Of a stretch of DNA of 55,949 bases, positions 1 to 8,279 are shown piece by piece. This stretch comes from a bacterium (GTDB lineage Bacteria; Patescibacteriota; Minisyncoccia; Phycocordibacterales; Phycocordibacteraceae). The notes under the pieces are model-generated. The model was not told the origin of the DNA, searched no databases, and saw only the letters and a program-made list of their open reading frames with translations. The stretch covers positions 1 to 55,949 of the forward strand of contig JAHFMM010000001.1 in NCBI GenBank assembly GCA_023264495.1. Reading direction: 5' to 3'. Position numbers and translations under genes: made by a program. Numbering within the stretch: the stretch's first letter is position 1; every line of letters begins with the position of its first letter.

Positions 1-2
1 AG

Positions 3-200
3 AATGATGTGAACGAGCTCAAAGATACTACAGGACGTATTGAAGAAACGATGCAAAAGGTCCTGACGATTGTTACAAACTTTGCTGGCAATGTTGATAC
101 GCTCCAACAAGAGAACATTATGGGTGCCGAGACACTCCGGCGGCACGATGTCCAGATTCACGAGCTAGCCGTCGCTACGGGGACGACACTCTCTGAATAG
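3..200 (+). CDS. hypothetical protein, C-terminal fragment (frame open to window edge)
   Basis: Frame is open from position 3 and stops at TAG 198-200. Coiled-coil-like sequence with no family recognised. Confidence 0.3.
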   Translation, partial: NDVNELKDTTGRIEETMQKVLTIVTNFAGNVDTLQQENIMGAETLRRHDVQIHELAVATGTTLSE

Positions 201-229
201 TTGCGTTTCTGACAGCGTTCCTTTATATT
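201..229 (+). promoter_or_regulatory. putative sigma70-type promoter of rpsL
   Basis: TTGCGT (201-206), 17-nt spacer, TATATT (224-229). Confidence 0.4.
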
Positions 230-261
230 AAGCAGTGACCCGCTCGGGTCTTCTTTTTCTA

Positions 262-669
262 ATGTCAACAATCAATCAGCTCTCCCGCAAGGGACGCAAG
301 ACACGATCGAGCAAGGACCGCACCGCGGCTCTTTCGCGCGGTTTTAATACGCTCAAGAATCGCCCAACCTTCTATGCTTCGCCCTTCAAACGCGGCGTTT
401 GCACCAAGGTGACCACCAAGACCCCCCGCAAGCCGAACTCAGCTATCCGCAAGATCGCCCGCGTTCGTCTCACCAACGGTATGGAGGTTACCGCCTACAT
501 CCCCGGCGAGACGCATAATCTCCAAGAGCACTCAGTCGTGATGCTGCGCGGCGGCCGTGTGAAGGATATCGGCGTGCAGTACACGATCGTACGCGGGAAG
601 CTTGACGCTTCAGGCCTCGAGAAGCGCCGCACCGCGCGCTCGCGTTATGGCGCCAAGCGGCCTAAATAA
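262..669 (+). CDS. rpsL: 30S ribosomal protein S12
   Basis: MSTINQL...[10 protein letters not shown]...GGRVKD is a typical S12 sequence. The ATG at 262 was chosen inside the 235..669 ORF. Confidence 0.95.
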   Translation: MSTINQLSRKGRKTRSSKDRTAALSRGFNTLKNRPTFYASPFKRGVCTKVTTKTPRKPNSAIRKIARVRLTNGMEVTAYIPGETHNLQEHSVVMLRGGRVKDIGVQYTIVRGKLDASGLEKRRTARSRYGAKRPK

Positions 670-677
670 TTTTAATC

Positions 678-1142
678 ATGAGACGACCACTTAAAAAGCA
701 GCGAACCTGGCGACCAGATCTCAAGTACGGATCGACGACGCTCACGCGTTTTATCAACGCCGTGATGTGGGATGGGAAGAAGGATACCGCACGCGCGGTT
801 GTCTATGGCGCCCTTGATAAGATCAAGACGGATGGCGCAGACCCGATTGAGACATTCGAGACAGCGCTTCGCAATGCTTCGCCGCTTATGGAGGTGCGCT
901 CGCGCCGTGTCGGCGGAGCGAACTATCAGGTTCCGCGCGAGGTACCCCAGAACCGCCGTCTTGCGCTCTCGTTCAGGTGGATTATCAATGCGGCTCGCAA
1001 TAAAAAAGGGAAGCCGATGGCCGAGAAGCTCGCCGCCGAGCTCCTTCTTGCCGCTAAGAACGAGGGTGATGCTATCAAGAAGAAGGACGATATGCACCGC
1101 ATGGCAGACTCCAACAAGGCCTTCGCCCACTTCGCGTGGTAA
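678..1142 (+). CDS. rpsG: 30S ribosomal protein S7
   Basis: S7-like sequence (FINAVMWDGKK, EVRSRRVGGANYQVP), directly after rpsL. Confidence 0.95.
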   Translation: MRRPLKKQRTWRPDLKYGSTTLTRFINAVMWDGKKDTARAVVYGALDKIKTDGADPIETFETALRNASPLMEVRSRRVGGANYQVPREVPQNRRLALSFRWIINAARNKKGKPMAEKLAAELLLAAKNEGDAIKKKDDMHRMADSNKAFAHFAW

Positions 1143-1207
1143 GCTCGCAAAGCCGAGCTTGCTCCCTGCGCTCGTTCGGGAGTCGAGGGATTGCGCATTG
1201 AAAATCA

Positions 1208-1240
1208 AAACCCGCCTGTCTGGCGGGTTTGTGCGTTTCT
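1208..1240. terminator. hairpin terminator shared by rpsG (+) and the antisense small ORF (-)
   Basis: AAACCCGCC-TGTCT-GGCGGGTTT followed by a T-rich stretch. Confidence 0.5.
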
Positions 1241-1250
1241 CCCTGGATAG

Positions 1251-1460
1251 TCAATTCGTTTTGTGATGGGCGCTTTCAGCCATTGCGACCGCAGTCGCAT
1301 AGCGGCGCGGCTCAAGAGCAAAAGCTCTTCGCAATATCAGCAGCGCTTCCCTGACTTTTGCGGGATCCCATCCTACAGGATCGCTTGTTTTGGTAACGAG
1401 GCCCTGATAATAATCTGCTCGTGCCAGGACATGTTCTCGAGAATCAATCTTTAGACCCAT
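1251..1460 (-). CDS. hypothetical small protein (69 aa), antisense to the str operon
   Basis: AGGGGTG SD-like motif about 7 nt before the ATG, and a terminator hairpin downstream. No family recognised. Confidence 0.35.
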   Translation of the reverse strand: MGLKIDSREHVLARADYYQGLVTKTSDPVGWDPAKVREALLILRRAFALEPRRYATAVAMAESAHHKTN

Positions 1461-1524
1461 AGCATCACCCCTTTGTTTGTGTTGGCGGACTTCCGATAGG
1501 GATAGTACATCGTACCTGTCGACT

Positions 1525-1552
1525 TTGCAATTTACCTCATCTGGGCTATTCT
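1525..1552 (+). promoter_or_regulatory. putative promoter of fusA
   Basis: TTGCAA (1525-1530), 16-nt spacer, TATTCT (1547-1552). Confidence 0.35.
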
Positions 1553-1630
1553 ATGAATAACGCTGTTTCCCTTCGGAAGTCCCGCTGCGGGAGGCGCTTT
1601 TTATTTTAGCTTTTATCCATTTAGGCCTTT

Positions 1631-3778
1631 ATGAACAGAGACTACCCGCTTGAGAAGGTGCGCAACTTCGGTATCATCGCCCACATCGACGCTGGCAAAA
1701 CGACGACCAGCGAGCGCGTGCTTTTCTACACCGGCTCGCAGCACAAGATCGGCGAAGTGCATGAAGGCGGGACTACGACCGACTGGATGGAGCAAGAGCG
1801 CGAGCGCGGCATCACGATCACCGCCGCCGCCATCACCTGTTTCTGGACGCGCACCAACGAGAAGGATAAGAAAGATGCGTCGAAGAAGTTTCGTTTCAAT
1901 ATCATCGACACTCCCGGGCACATCGACTTCACCGCTGAGGTGAAGCGCTCGATGCGCGTGCTCGATGGCGCGATCGTCGTCTTTGACGGTGTTGCTGGCG
2001 TCGAGCCGCAGTCTGAGACCAATTGGCGCTATGCCGACGAAGCGAGTGTCCCCCGCGTTTGTTTCATTAACAAGCTCGATCGCACCGGCGCTTCGTTTGA
2101 GAAGTCATACGCAAGCATTCTCGATCGGCTCTCACCAAAGGCGATTCGCATGCAGATCCCGATCGGGGAAGAAGCTGCTCATGAAGGCTCGATCGACCTT
2201 CTCTCGATGAAGGCATACGCCTTCAGCGGGAACATGGGCGAAGAGGTTATCGAGGGCGAGATACCGGCGAATCTCCTCGAAGACGCCAAGAAGTATCGTT
2301 CGGCTCTTGTCGAGCGCATCGTCGAGCAGGATGATGCGGCGATGAGCGCATATCTCGATGGCGTCGAGCCGAGCGTCGAAGAACTGAAGAAGCTCTTGCG
2401 CACAGCGGTCATTCATAACGAGATCTTTCCCGTTTATTGCGGGAGCGCGTTGAAGAACAAGGGCGTACAGCTCGTGCTCGATGCGGTTGTCGACTATCTC
2501 CCATCCCCGCTCGACCTCCCGCCAGCAACAGGTACGAACCCGAAGACGGGTGAGCCAGTCGAGCGGCATGCTAACGATGACGAGCCGTTCTGCGCGCTCG
2601 CTTTCAAGCTGCAGACCGATCCGTTCGTCGGTGCTCTGACCTTCTTCCGTGTCTATTCGGGTACCGTTACCGCCGGATCATACATTTACAACTCGACGAC
2701 CGGGTCTAAAGAGCGTCTTGGCCGCATCGTCCGTCTCCAAGCCGACAAGCGTGAAGAAGTCGAGAAAGTCTTCTCAGGAGAGATTGCTGCCGCAGTGGGA
2801 CTTAAGGATACCAAGACCTCGCACACGCTCTGCGATGAGGCGAACCCGATTGTTCTTGAAGAGATCAAGTTCCCTGAGCCGGTGGTATCGCTCCGCATCG
2901 AACCGAAGACGAAGGCCGATCAGGAGAAGATGGGTATCGCGCTACGCAAGCTCTCTGATGAGGACCCGACCTTCCGTGTCACGACTGACGAAGAGACGAA
3001 CGAGACGATCATCTCGGGCATGGGCGAGCTCCACCTTGAGATCCTTGTCGATCGCATGAAGCGCGAATTCGGTGTTGTCGCAGATGTTGGTAAGCCGCAA
3101 GTTGCCTATCGTGAGACCATTCTTGGCGCAGCTGACGCTGAAGGGAAGTATATTAAGCAGACCGGCGGTCGCGGACAGTACGGCCATGTGAAGATCAAGA
3201 TGAAGAAGATGGAGCCGGTTGATCCTGAAGCGAAGGTTGCGAAGAATGTTACGCGCGATGACCATTTCGAGTTTGTGAACAGCATCAAGGGCGGTGTGAT
3301 CCCGCAGGAGTTTATCTCGCCGGTTGAGAAGGGGCTTCGCGAGGCGATGGGTCGCGGTCTCCTCGCCGGCTTCCCGATGGTGGATGTGTCGGTTGATCTC
3401 TATGACGGCTCGTACCACGATGTCGACTCGTCCGAGATCGCCTTCAAGATCGCGGCATCGATGGCATTCCAAGAAGCTGCGCAGCGTGCAAAGCCCGTCA
3501 TCCTCGAGCCGATTATGCGTGTCGAGGTTGTCGTGCCTGAGCAGTTCATGGGCGACATCACCGGCTCCCTCTCGGGGAAGCGCGGGCAGATCGAGGGCAT
3601 GGAAGATCGCGGCATGAACAAAGCAGTGCATGCCAAGGTCCCGCTCTCGGAGATGTTCGGCTATACCACCACGCTCCGCTCGATGACCGAAGGCCGCGGC
3701 AATATGACGATGGAGTTCGACCACTACGACGTCGTGCCAACAAACGTCGCGACTGACATCATCGCCTCGCGGAAATAA
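1631..3778 (+). CDS. fusA: elongation factor G
   Basis: 715 aa with the GTPase motifs AHIDAGKTT and DTPGH. EF-G domain order is present throughout. Confidence 0.97.
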   Translation: MNRDYPLEKVRNFGIIAHIDAGKTTTSERVLFYTGSQHKIGEVHEGGTTTDWMEQERERGITITAAAITCFWTRTNEKDKKDASKKFRFNIIDTPGHIDFTAEVKRSMRVLDGAIVVFDGVAGVEPQSETNWRYADEASVPRVCFINKLDRTGASFEKSYASILDRLSPKAIRMQIPIGEEAAHEGSIDLLSMKAYAFSGNMGEEVIEGEIPANLLEDAKKYRSALVERIVEQDDAAMSAYLDGVEPSVEELKKLLRTAVIHNEIFPVYCGSALKNKGVQLVLDAVVDYLPSPLDLPPATGTNPKTGEPVERHANDDEPFCALAFKLQTDPFVGALTFFRVYSGTVTAGSYIYNSTTGSKERLGRIVRLQADKREEVEKVFSGEIAAAVGLKDTKTSHTLCDEANPIVLEEIKFPEPVVSLRIEPKTKADQEKMGIALRKLSDEDPTFRVTTDEETNETIISGMGELHLEILVDRMKREFGVVADVGKPQVAYRETILGAADAEGKYIKQTGGRGQYGHVKIKMKKMEPVDPEAKVAKNVTRDDHFEFVNSIKGGVIPQEFISPVEKGLREAMGRGLLAGFPMVDVSVDLYDGSYHDVDSSEIAFKIAASMAFQEAAQRAKPVILEPIMRVEVVVPEQFMGDITGSLSGKRGQIEGMEDRGMNKAVHAKVPLSEMFGYTTTLRSMTEGRGNMTMEFDHYDVVPTNVATDIIASRK

Positions 3779-3789
3779 GCCACCAGCTA

Positions 3790-3891
3790 GAATACATAGG
3801 GTAGTCCTATGTATTCGACAAGATACAACCGCCACCCCGAAGGGGCGGCGGTTGTTCTGTTCACGGAGTAGCAAGGGTAGCCCTTGCTACT
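3790..3891 (+). terminator. three consecutive hairpins downstream of fusA
   Basis: Three stems: GAATACATAGG/CCTATGTATTC (3790-3816), ACAACCGCCACCCC/GGGGCGGCGGTTGT (3825-3855) and AGTAGCAAGGG/CCCTTGCTACT (3867-3891). Confidence 0.5.
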
Positions 3892-3903
3892 TGATTCGGC
3901 AAG

Positions 3904-3932
3904 TTGCAATTATTTCGGCGCTCTCGTATAGT
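3904..3932 (+). promoter_or_regulatory. putative promoter of tuf
   Basis: TTGCAA (3904-3909), 17-nt spacer, TATAGT (3927-3932). Confidence 0.45.
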
Positions 3933-4055
3933 TACCTATAACGCATCTTGGCGTCGCTCTTTGGCTTGTCTGCTTTTTGTGAGTCGGCAAGCTTTAGGGT
4001 TTGTTCCGACTCCGGTCGGAGTATTCGTGAATTATTAATTTAAACTATCCGAACT

Positions 4056-5255
4056 ATGGCAGAATTTGATCGCAGCAAGCCACACATGAACGTCGGGACC
4101 ATCGGTCACGTTGACCACGGCAAGACGACGCTCACGGCAGGTATCCTCAATGTTCTCTCGATGCTTACTGGCGAGGGCTACTCGGCTCGCGTTGAAGGCG
4201 TCGACAATATCGACAGCGCTCCTGAAGAGAAGGCGCGCGGTATCACTATCGCGCTCCACCACTCGGAGTATGAGTCACCGAATCGTCACTACGCGCACAT
4301 CGATGCGCCAGGACACGCTGACTATATTAAGAACATGATCACCGGTGCGGCGCAGATGGACGGCGCCGTCCTCGTGGTCGCAGCGACTGACGGCGTGATG
4401 CCGCAGACGCGCGAGCACATCCTTCTCGCGAAGCAGGTCGGCCTTAAGAAGCTCATCGTCTTCCTCAACAAGGTAGACATGGTTTCCGAGGCAGACCTCA
4501 TCGATCTCGTCGAAGAAGAGATCCGCGAGCTCCTTACCAAGCAGGGCTACGATGGTGTCAACACGCCAATTGTCCGCGGCTCGGGCTTGAAGGCGCTTGA
4601 AGCCAAGGACGCTTCTGACGAGTGGGCGCAGAAGGTGAAGATCCTTGTCGACACTATGGACACTTACTTCGACCTCCCAGAGCGCGAAGTGAATAAACCG
4701 TTCCTCATGCCGATCGAGGACATCTTCTCGATTGAAGGCCGTGGCACCGTCGTGACCGGCCGCATCGAGCGTGGTACCGTCAAGGTTGGCGAGGAAGTCG
4801 AGATCGTCGGTATAAAACCGACGGCCAAGACGACCGTTACCGGCATCGAGATGTTCAATAAGCAGCTCTCTGAAGGGCAGGCAGGCGATAATGCCGGCAT
4901 TCTCCTCCGCGGCACGAAGAAGGAAGATGTGCATCGCGGCCAGGTCCTCTCGAAGACGGGCGCGGTCACGCCGCACACCGACTTCGATGCAGAGGTCTAC
5001 ATCCTCGGTAAGGATGAGGGTGGCCGTCATACGCCATTCTTCTCTGGCTACAAGCCGCAGTTCTACATCCGCACAACAGACGTGACGGGTGAAGTTACTC
5101 TCCCTGATGGTAAGGAGATGGTCATGCCTGGCGATACTGTTACCTTCAAGGTGAAGCTTACCGCACCGGTTGCGCTCGAGGAGCAGCAGCGCTTCGCTAT
5201 TCGCGAAGGCGGCAAGACGGTCGGTGCCGGTGTGGTCACCAAGATCACTGCCTAA
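4056..5255 (+). CDS. tuf: elongation factor Tu
   Basis: 399 aa with the [14 protein letters not shown] and NKVD motifs. Confidence 0.97.
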   Translation: MAEFDRSKPHMNVGTIGHVDHGKTTLTAGILNVLSMLTGEGYSARVEGVDNIDSAPEEKARGITIALHHSEYESPNRHYAHIDAPGHADYIKNMITGAAQMDGAVLVVAATDGVMPQTREHILLAKQVGLKKLIVFLNKVDMVSEADLIDLVEEEIRELLTKQGYDGVNTPIVRGSGLKALEAKDASDEWAQKVKILVDTMDTYFDLPEREVNKPFLMPIEDIFSIEGRGTVVTGRIERGTVKVGEEVEIVGIKPTAKTTVTGIEMFNKQLSEGQAGDNAGILLRGTKKEDVHRGQVLSKTGAVTPHTDFDAEVYILGKDEGGRHTPFFSGYKPQFYIRTTDVTGEVTLPDGKEMVMPGDTVTFKVKLTAPVALEEQQRFAIREGGKTVGAGVVTKITA

Positions 5256-5275
5256 GCGCCTGATTGAAGACTCAT

Positions 5276-5650
5276 ATGGAACCAACAACGGAAGAGAAAC
5301 CGAAAACGAAGCGTGTCTCGAAGAAGGCAGTTGCTCCCATAGCGGAGCACAAGCTCCGGATCCGTGTTCGCGCCTATGAGCACAAGATTCTCGATGTCTC
5401 AGTGAAGCAGATTATGGACACCGCCGCTCGCTTTGATGCGGTCGTGGTCGGCCCCGTGCCGCTCCCGACTGAGATCAAGCGCTGGACCGTGAATCGTTCG
5501 ACCTTCGTCCACAAGGACGCGCGCGAACAGTTCGAGATGCGCATCCATAAACGCCTTATCGACATTCAAAACCCGTCGCAGAAGGTGGTCGAGGCCCTCA
5601 CGAACCTCAATCTCCCCTCCGGCGTTACGATCGACGTCAAGATGGTCTAA
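5276..5650 (+). CDS. rpsJ: 30S ribosomal protein S10 with a basic N-terminal extension
   Basis: S10 core (LRIRVRAYEHKILD...MRIHKRLIDI). The ATG at 5276 was chosen; the ORF track start at 5264 is TTG. Confidence 0.93.
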   Translation: MEPTTEEKPKTKRVSKKAVAPIAEHKLRIRVRAYEHKILDVSVKQIMDTAARFDAVVVGPVPLPTEIKRWTVNRSTFVHKDAREQFEMRIHKRLIDIQNPSQKVVEALTNLNLPSGVTIDVKMV

Positions 5651-5654
5651 AGAA

Positions 5655-5694
5655 ACAAAACAACCGCCGCCCTTCGGGCGGCGGTTGTTTTGTG
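5655..5694 (+). terminator. strong hairpin after rpsJ
   Basis: 18-bp stem ACAAAACAACCGCCGCCC-TTCG-GGGCGGCGGTTGTTTTGT. Confidence 0.6.
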
Positions 5695-5701
5695 CTATAA
5701 T
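5693..5701 (+). promoter_or_regulatory. extended -10 promoter of the TA pair (leaderless)
   Basis: TGCTATAAT lies 6 nt upstream of ATG 5708. Confidence 0.45.
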
Positions 5702-5707
5702 CTGCAT

Positions 5708-5896
5708 ATGACCACGACGCAGATGAAGAGAATTGAAAAACTTGCAGAAGCAAGCAGACGATACGCTAAAAAGTCGCTCGAAAAGAGCCGCGAGCTCGAA
5801 ATATATCTCAGCATCCTCGACTACAAAGCCGGTCGAGTGAAGGAATATTCGTCTGTGGACGCGATGTTTCGCGCCGCAAAACGCCTCCACATGTAG
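5708..5896 (+). CDS. putative antitoxin (62 aa) of the adjacent RelE-family toxin
   Basis: Small ORF whose stop overlaps the toxin start (TAGTG). Family not recognised; the call rests on position. Confidence 0.5.
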   Translation: MTTTQMKRIEKLAEASRRYAKKSLEKSRELEIYLSILDYKAGRVKEYSSVDAMFRAAKRLHM

Positions 5897-6159
5897 TGAT
5901 GAAACGGAACGTCCCGACTCAAAGTTTTCTCAGAAGTCTCGCGCTCTTTTTGCATCGTCACCCTGATCTTGAGGAAAAAACACACGTACTGATAGAGCGT
6001 CTCGTCACTGGCAGTTCAGAAGTGCGAATACATCCGCTTCACGGTCCGCTTAAAGGATTTTATTCGGCGCGCATCTCGCAATCTTATCGTCTCGTCTTCG
6101 CGCTCGAGCCGGACGCCGTCATCTTCATCGACATCGGCTCCCACGATGAGGTGTACTAA
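5896..6159 (+). CDS. RelE/ParE-superfamily (YafQ/RelE-like) mRNA interferase toxin
   Basis: HPLHGPLKGFYSARISQSYRLVFALEPDAVIFIDIGSHDEVY is a typical C-terminal signature of this family. Confidence 0.8.
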   Translation: MMKRNVPTQSFLRSLALFLHRHPDLEEKTHVLIERLVTGSSEVRIHPLHGPLKGFYSARISQSYRLVFALEPDAVIFIDIGSHDEVY

Positions 6160-6186
6160 AAACTAGGACATCGGATGTCCTAGTTT
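6160..6186 (+). terminator. hairpin after the toxin gene
   Basis: AAACTAGGACATC/GATGTCCTAGTTT inverted repeat. Confidence 0.5.
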
Positions 6187-6195
6187 GCATCATTT

Positions 6196-6226
6196 TGGCC
6201 AAAGCCTGGCATTGGCCATTGGCCAC
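6196..6226. repeat. TGGCCA-rich palindromic repeat, copy 1
   Basis: TGGCCAAAGCCTGGCATTGGCCATTGGCCAC. Near-identical copies lie at 39679-39712 and 33122-33144. Confidence 0.7.
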
Positions 6227-6436
6227 AACCGCCCTGGCGGGCGGTTGTGTGGTTCTTGTTTCGCATGTTAGTATGAAGGTATCCTTCTGGGTCGGACGTG
6301 TGGTTCAGGCGCCCCTTGGTCAAAAGCCAGTCGACAGGTCTAGACCAAGTTAGAACCATATTTTCGGCCCCGAGGGACTTCGGCCATAATGGTCAAGCCC
6401 TTTCGCAATCTCGCTTCGGCGGGATTTCCTATTTTC

Positions 6437-6465
6437 TTGCATATTTCCGCATGCTCGTGTAGAGT
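6437..6465 (+). promoter_or_regulatory. putative promoter of rplC and the downstream S10 operon
   Basis: TTGCAT (6437-6442), 17-nt spacer, TAGAGT (6460-6465). Confidence 0.45.
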
Positions 6466-6507
6466 ACTGGAATCGCTATGTCCCGAGTGTAATCACGAGG
6501 GACCTCC

Positions 6508-6546
6508 AGCAAATCGCGCCACGCGATTGCTGTGGCGCGATTTGCT
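6508..6546 (+). promoter_or_regulatory. 15-bp perfect leader hairpin ending 4 nt before the rplC ATG
   Basis: AGCAAATCGCGCCAC-GCGATTGCT-GTGGCGCGATTTGCT. The loop can pair alternatively with the 5' arm. Confidence 0.4.
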
Positions 6547-6550
6547 TTAC

Positions 6551-7165
6551 ATGAAATTCATTCTCGCGAAGAAAGAAGGCATGACCCGCTTGTTCGGGGA
6601 GGATGGTCGCGCCCGCGCAGGGACTATCCTCGTTGCCGGCCCGATGACCGTTACGCAAGTCAAGACCACTGAAACGAAAAGCGGCTACAATGCGGTGCAG
6701 GTCGGTATGGGTACGCGCAAGACGAAGAACATCAGTAAGGCCGTCCTTGGACACACGGGAGGCAAAGCCTATGAAGCAATTCGCGAGTTCCGAGACGCGA
6801 CCGGTGCCGAGGTCGGCGGGACGATTGATCTCTCGACATTTGCGGTTGGCGACACCGTGCAGGTCTCGGGCCTCTCAAAGGGTAAAGGCTTCTCGGGTGT
6901 GGTGAAGCGTCACGGCTTCCACGGCGGCCCGCGCTCGCACGGTCAGAAGCACACTGAACGCTCGCCGGGATCGATCGGCGGTTCTGGTGGCCGCGCCGGC
7001 GGGCGCGTGGTGAAGGGCAAGAAGATGGCAGGCCGCATGGGTACTGATCGCATCACCGTCACCAATCTCAAAGTCCTCGCGGTCGATGCGAAGGAAGGGA
7101 AGATCATCATCTCAGGTGCTGTTCCGGGCCGCCGAGGCACGCTCCTTGAGGTCATCGCAAAGTAA
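6551..7165 (+). CDS. rplC: 50S ribosomal protein L3
   Basis: MKFILAKKEGMTRLF...FKGHGFHGG-type L3 sequence. The ATG at 6551 was chosen inside the 6389..7165 ORF. Confidence 0.93.
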   Translation: MKFILAKKEGMTRLFGEDGRARAGTILVAGPMTVTQVKTTETKSGYNAVQVGMGTRKTKNISKAVLGHTGGKAYEAIREFRDATGAEVGGTIDLSTFAVGDTVQVSGLSKGKGFSGVVKRHGFHGGPRSHGQKHTERSPGSIGGSGGRAGGRVVKGKKMAGRMGTDRITVTNLKVLAVDAKEGKIIISGAVPGRRGTLLEVIAK

Positions 7166-7176
7166 TTTTGAATACT

Positions 7177-7905
7177 ATGACCACCACTACTGAAACGAAG
7201 AAGGCCTCTCGACAAAGCTCGAGGCAAGCCGCATCGCTCGAGATGCCGGTGTATTCGATGGACGGCAAGCAGGTCTCGACCACGACGCTTCCCGAGACCG
7301 TCTTTGGCCTCCCATGGCGCGCAGACCTCGTACATCAGGTGACGACTGCGATGCAGGCGAACCTCCGCCAGAACCGTGCGCACACCAAGGACCGTTCTGA
7401 AGTGTCGGGCGGCGGCAAGAAGCCGTGGAAGCAGAAAGGCACTGGCCAGGCGCGCCATAGCTCGACACGCTCACCGATCTGGCGGCACGGCGGGATAACC
7501 TTCGGTCCGAGGAATGATCGCGACTACAGCGAGAAGATCAACAAGAAAATGCGTGTCGGCGCGCTCCTCTCGGTCCTCTCGAAGAAGGCGAAGGACGGAG
7601 AGATAATCCTCATCGACAAGCTTTCTTTCACTGAGCCGAAGTCGGCTATTGCGAAGTCGGCACTCTCGAAGCTGGCTGCCGGGGCTGATGCCGCAACGCT
7701 CGTTTCGAAGAAGAAAAATGCGGCGCTTTTCGCGCTCGCAACGTACGATGCGAATGCGATCAAGAGCTTCAGCAACTTTGGCAACGTGACGACCGAGGAG
7801 GTGCGCAACCTGAACCCGCTCAATGTGATGACACACAAGTATCTCATCATCGAAAAGCCGGAGGAGACGTTTGCGGCACTCATGGCCCGTGCCGCGACTA
7901 AATAA
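7177..7905 (+). CDS. rplD: 50S ribosomal protein L4
   Basis: SGGGKKPWKQKGTGQARHSSTRSPIWRHGG motif. ATG at 7177; the track start at 7168 is TTG. Confidence 0.93.
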   Translation: MTTTTETKKASRQSSRQAASLEMPVYSMDGKQVSTTTLPETVFGLPWRADLVHQVTTAMQANLRQNRAHTKDRSEVSGGGKKPWKQKGTGQARHSSTRSPIWRHGGITFGPRNDRDYSEKINKKMRVGALLSVLSKKAKDGEIILIDKLSFTEPKSAIAKSALSKLAAGADAATLVSKKKNAALFALATYDANAIKSFSNFGNVTTEEVRNLNPLNVMTHKYLIIEKPEETFAALMARAATK

Positions 7906-7911
7906 ATCACT

Positions 7912-8277
7912 ATGGCACTCTTTAGCAATAAAAAGAAAGGAAAGAAAGAAGGAGCGACCGTGAAGCGGGTTGCACGTGCGGTGGCAACTGCAAACGGCGG
8001 CGCACATGACATCATTCGCGCCCCGTGGTTCTCTGAGAAGGCGCTCATCGCGACCGACAAGGGCGTGTACGCGTTTGCCGTGGCACCGCGCGCGACCAAG
8101 GCGGAGATCGCCGGAGCGATCAAGGAGATCTATCAGGTCACACCGCGTGCCGTGAACATCGTGAATCTCCCCGCGAAGACAAAAGCGATGCGCACGCGCC
8201 GCGGTGTCGGCACGCGTGCCGCACGGGCCAAGGCATATGTCTATCTGAACGCAGGTGATACCATCAAATTTGCATAA
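7912..8277 (+). CDS. rplW: 50S ribosomal protein L23
   Basis: L23-like core at the conserved position between rplD and rplB. Confidence 0.9.
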   Translation: MALFSNKKKGKKEGATVKRVARAVATANGGAHDIIRAPWFSEKALIATDKGVYAFAVAPRATKAEIAGAIKEIYQVTPRAVNIVNLPAKTKAMRTRRGVGTRAARAKAYVYLNAGDTIKFA

Positions 8278-8279
8278 CC

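Noticed and set aside
2942-3874. Long antisense or alternative-frame ORFs inside highly conserved genes (for example 2942..3874 -, 4275..5288 -, 7471..8373 -, 16758..17798 -, 44970..45785 -, 36921..37589 +)
   Set aside because: They overlap confidently identified genes (fusA, tuf, rplD/rplW, rpsE/rplO, the adaptor, rnj). They have Arg/Ser/Cys-rich compositions typical of shadow ORFs in GC-rich coding DNA, and no recognisable domains.
3790-3891. Three consecutive hairpins after fusA as a small ncRNA or repeat element
   Set aside because: The stems differ in sequence and sit exactly between the fusA stop and the tuf promoter. Stacked terminators or RNA-stability elements are the simplest reading, and I saw no further copies.
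6250-6436. A known housekeeping RNA (SRP/4.5S, RNase P, tmRNA or 6S) in the spacer before rplC
   Set aside because: None of the diagnostic motifs I know is present (GGAAGCAGCC-type SRP domain IV, GAGGAAAGTCC P4 of RNase P, a tRNA-like tmRNA end). The region is left as unexplained under the rplC leader finding.
6389-6550. The extended rplC ORF (258 aa), and similarly extended ORFs for secG (39629-40000), groEL (41099-41260), mntA (48841-49026), hicB (48839-49012) and hicA (49110-49235)
   Set aside because: The extensions run through promoters, hairpins or repeat elements, or overlap the upstream gene. They add Cys/Arg/Trp-rich non-homologous residues. The conserved protein cores start at the internal ATGs listed in the features.
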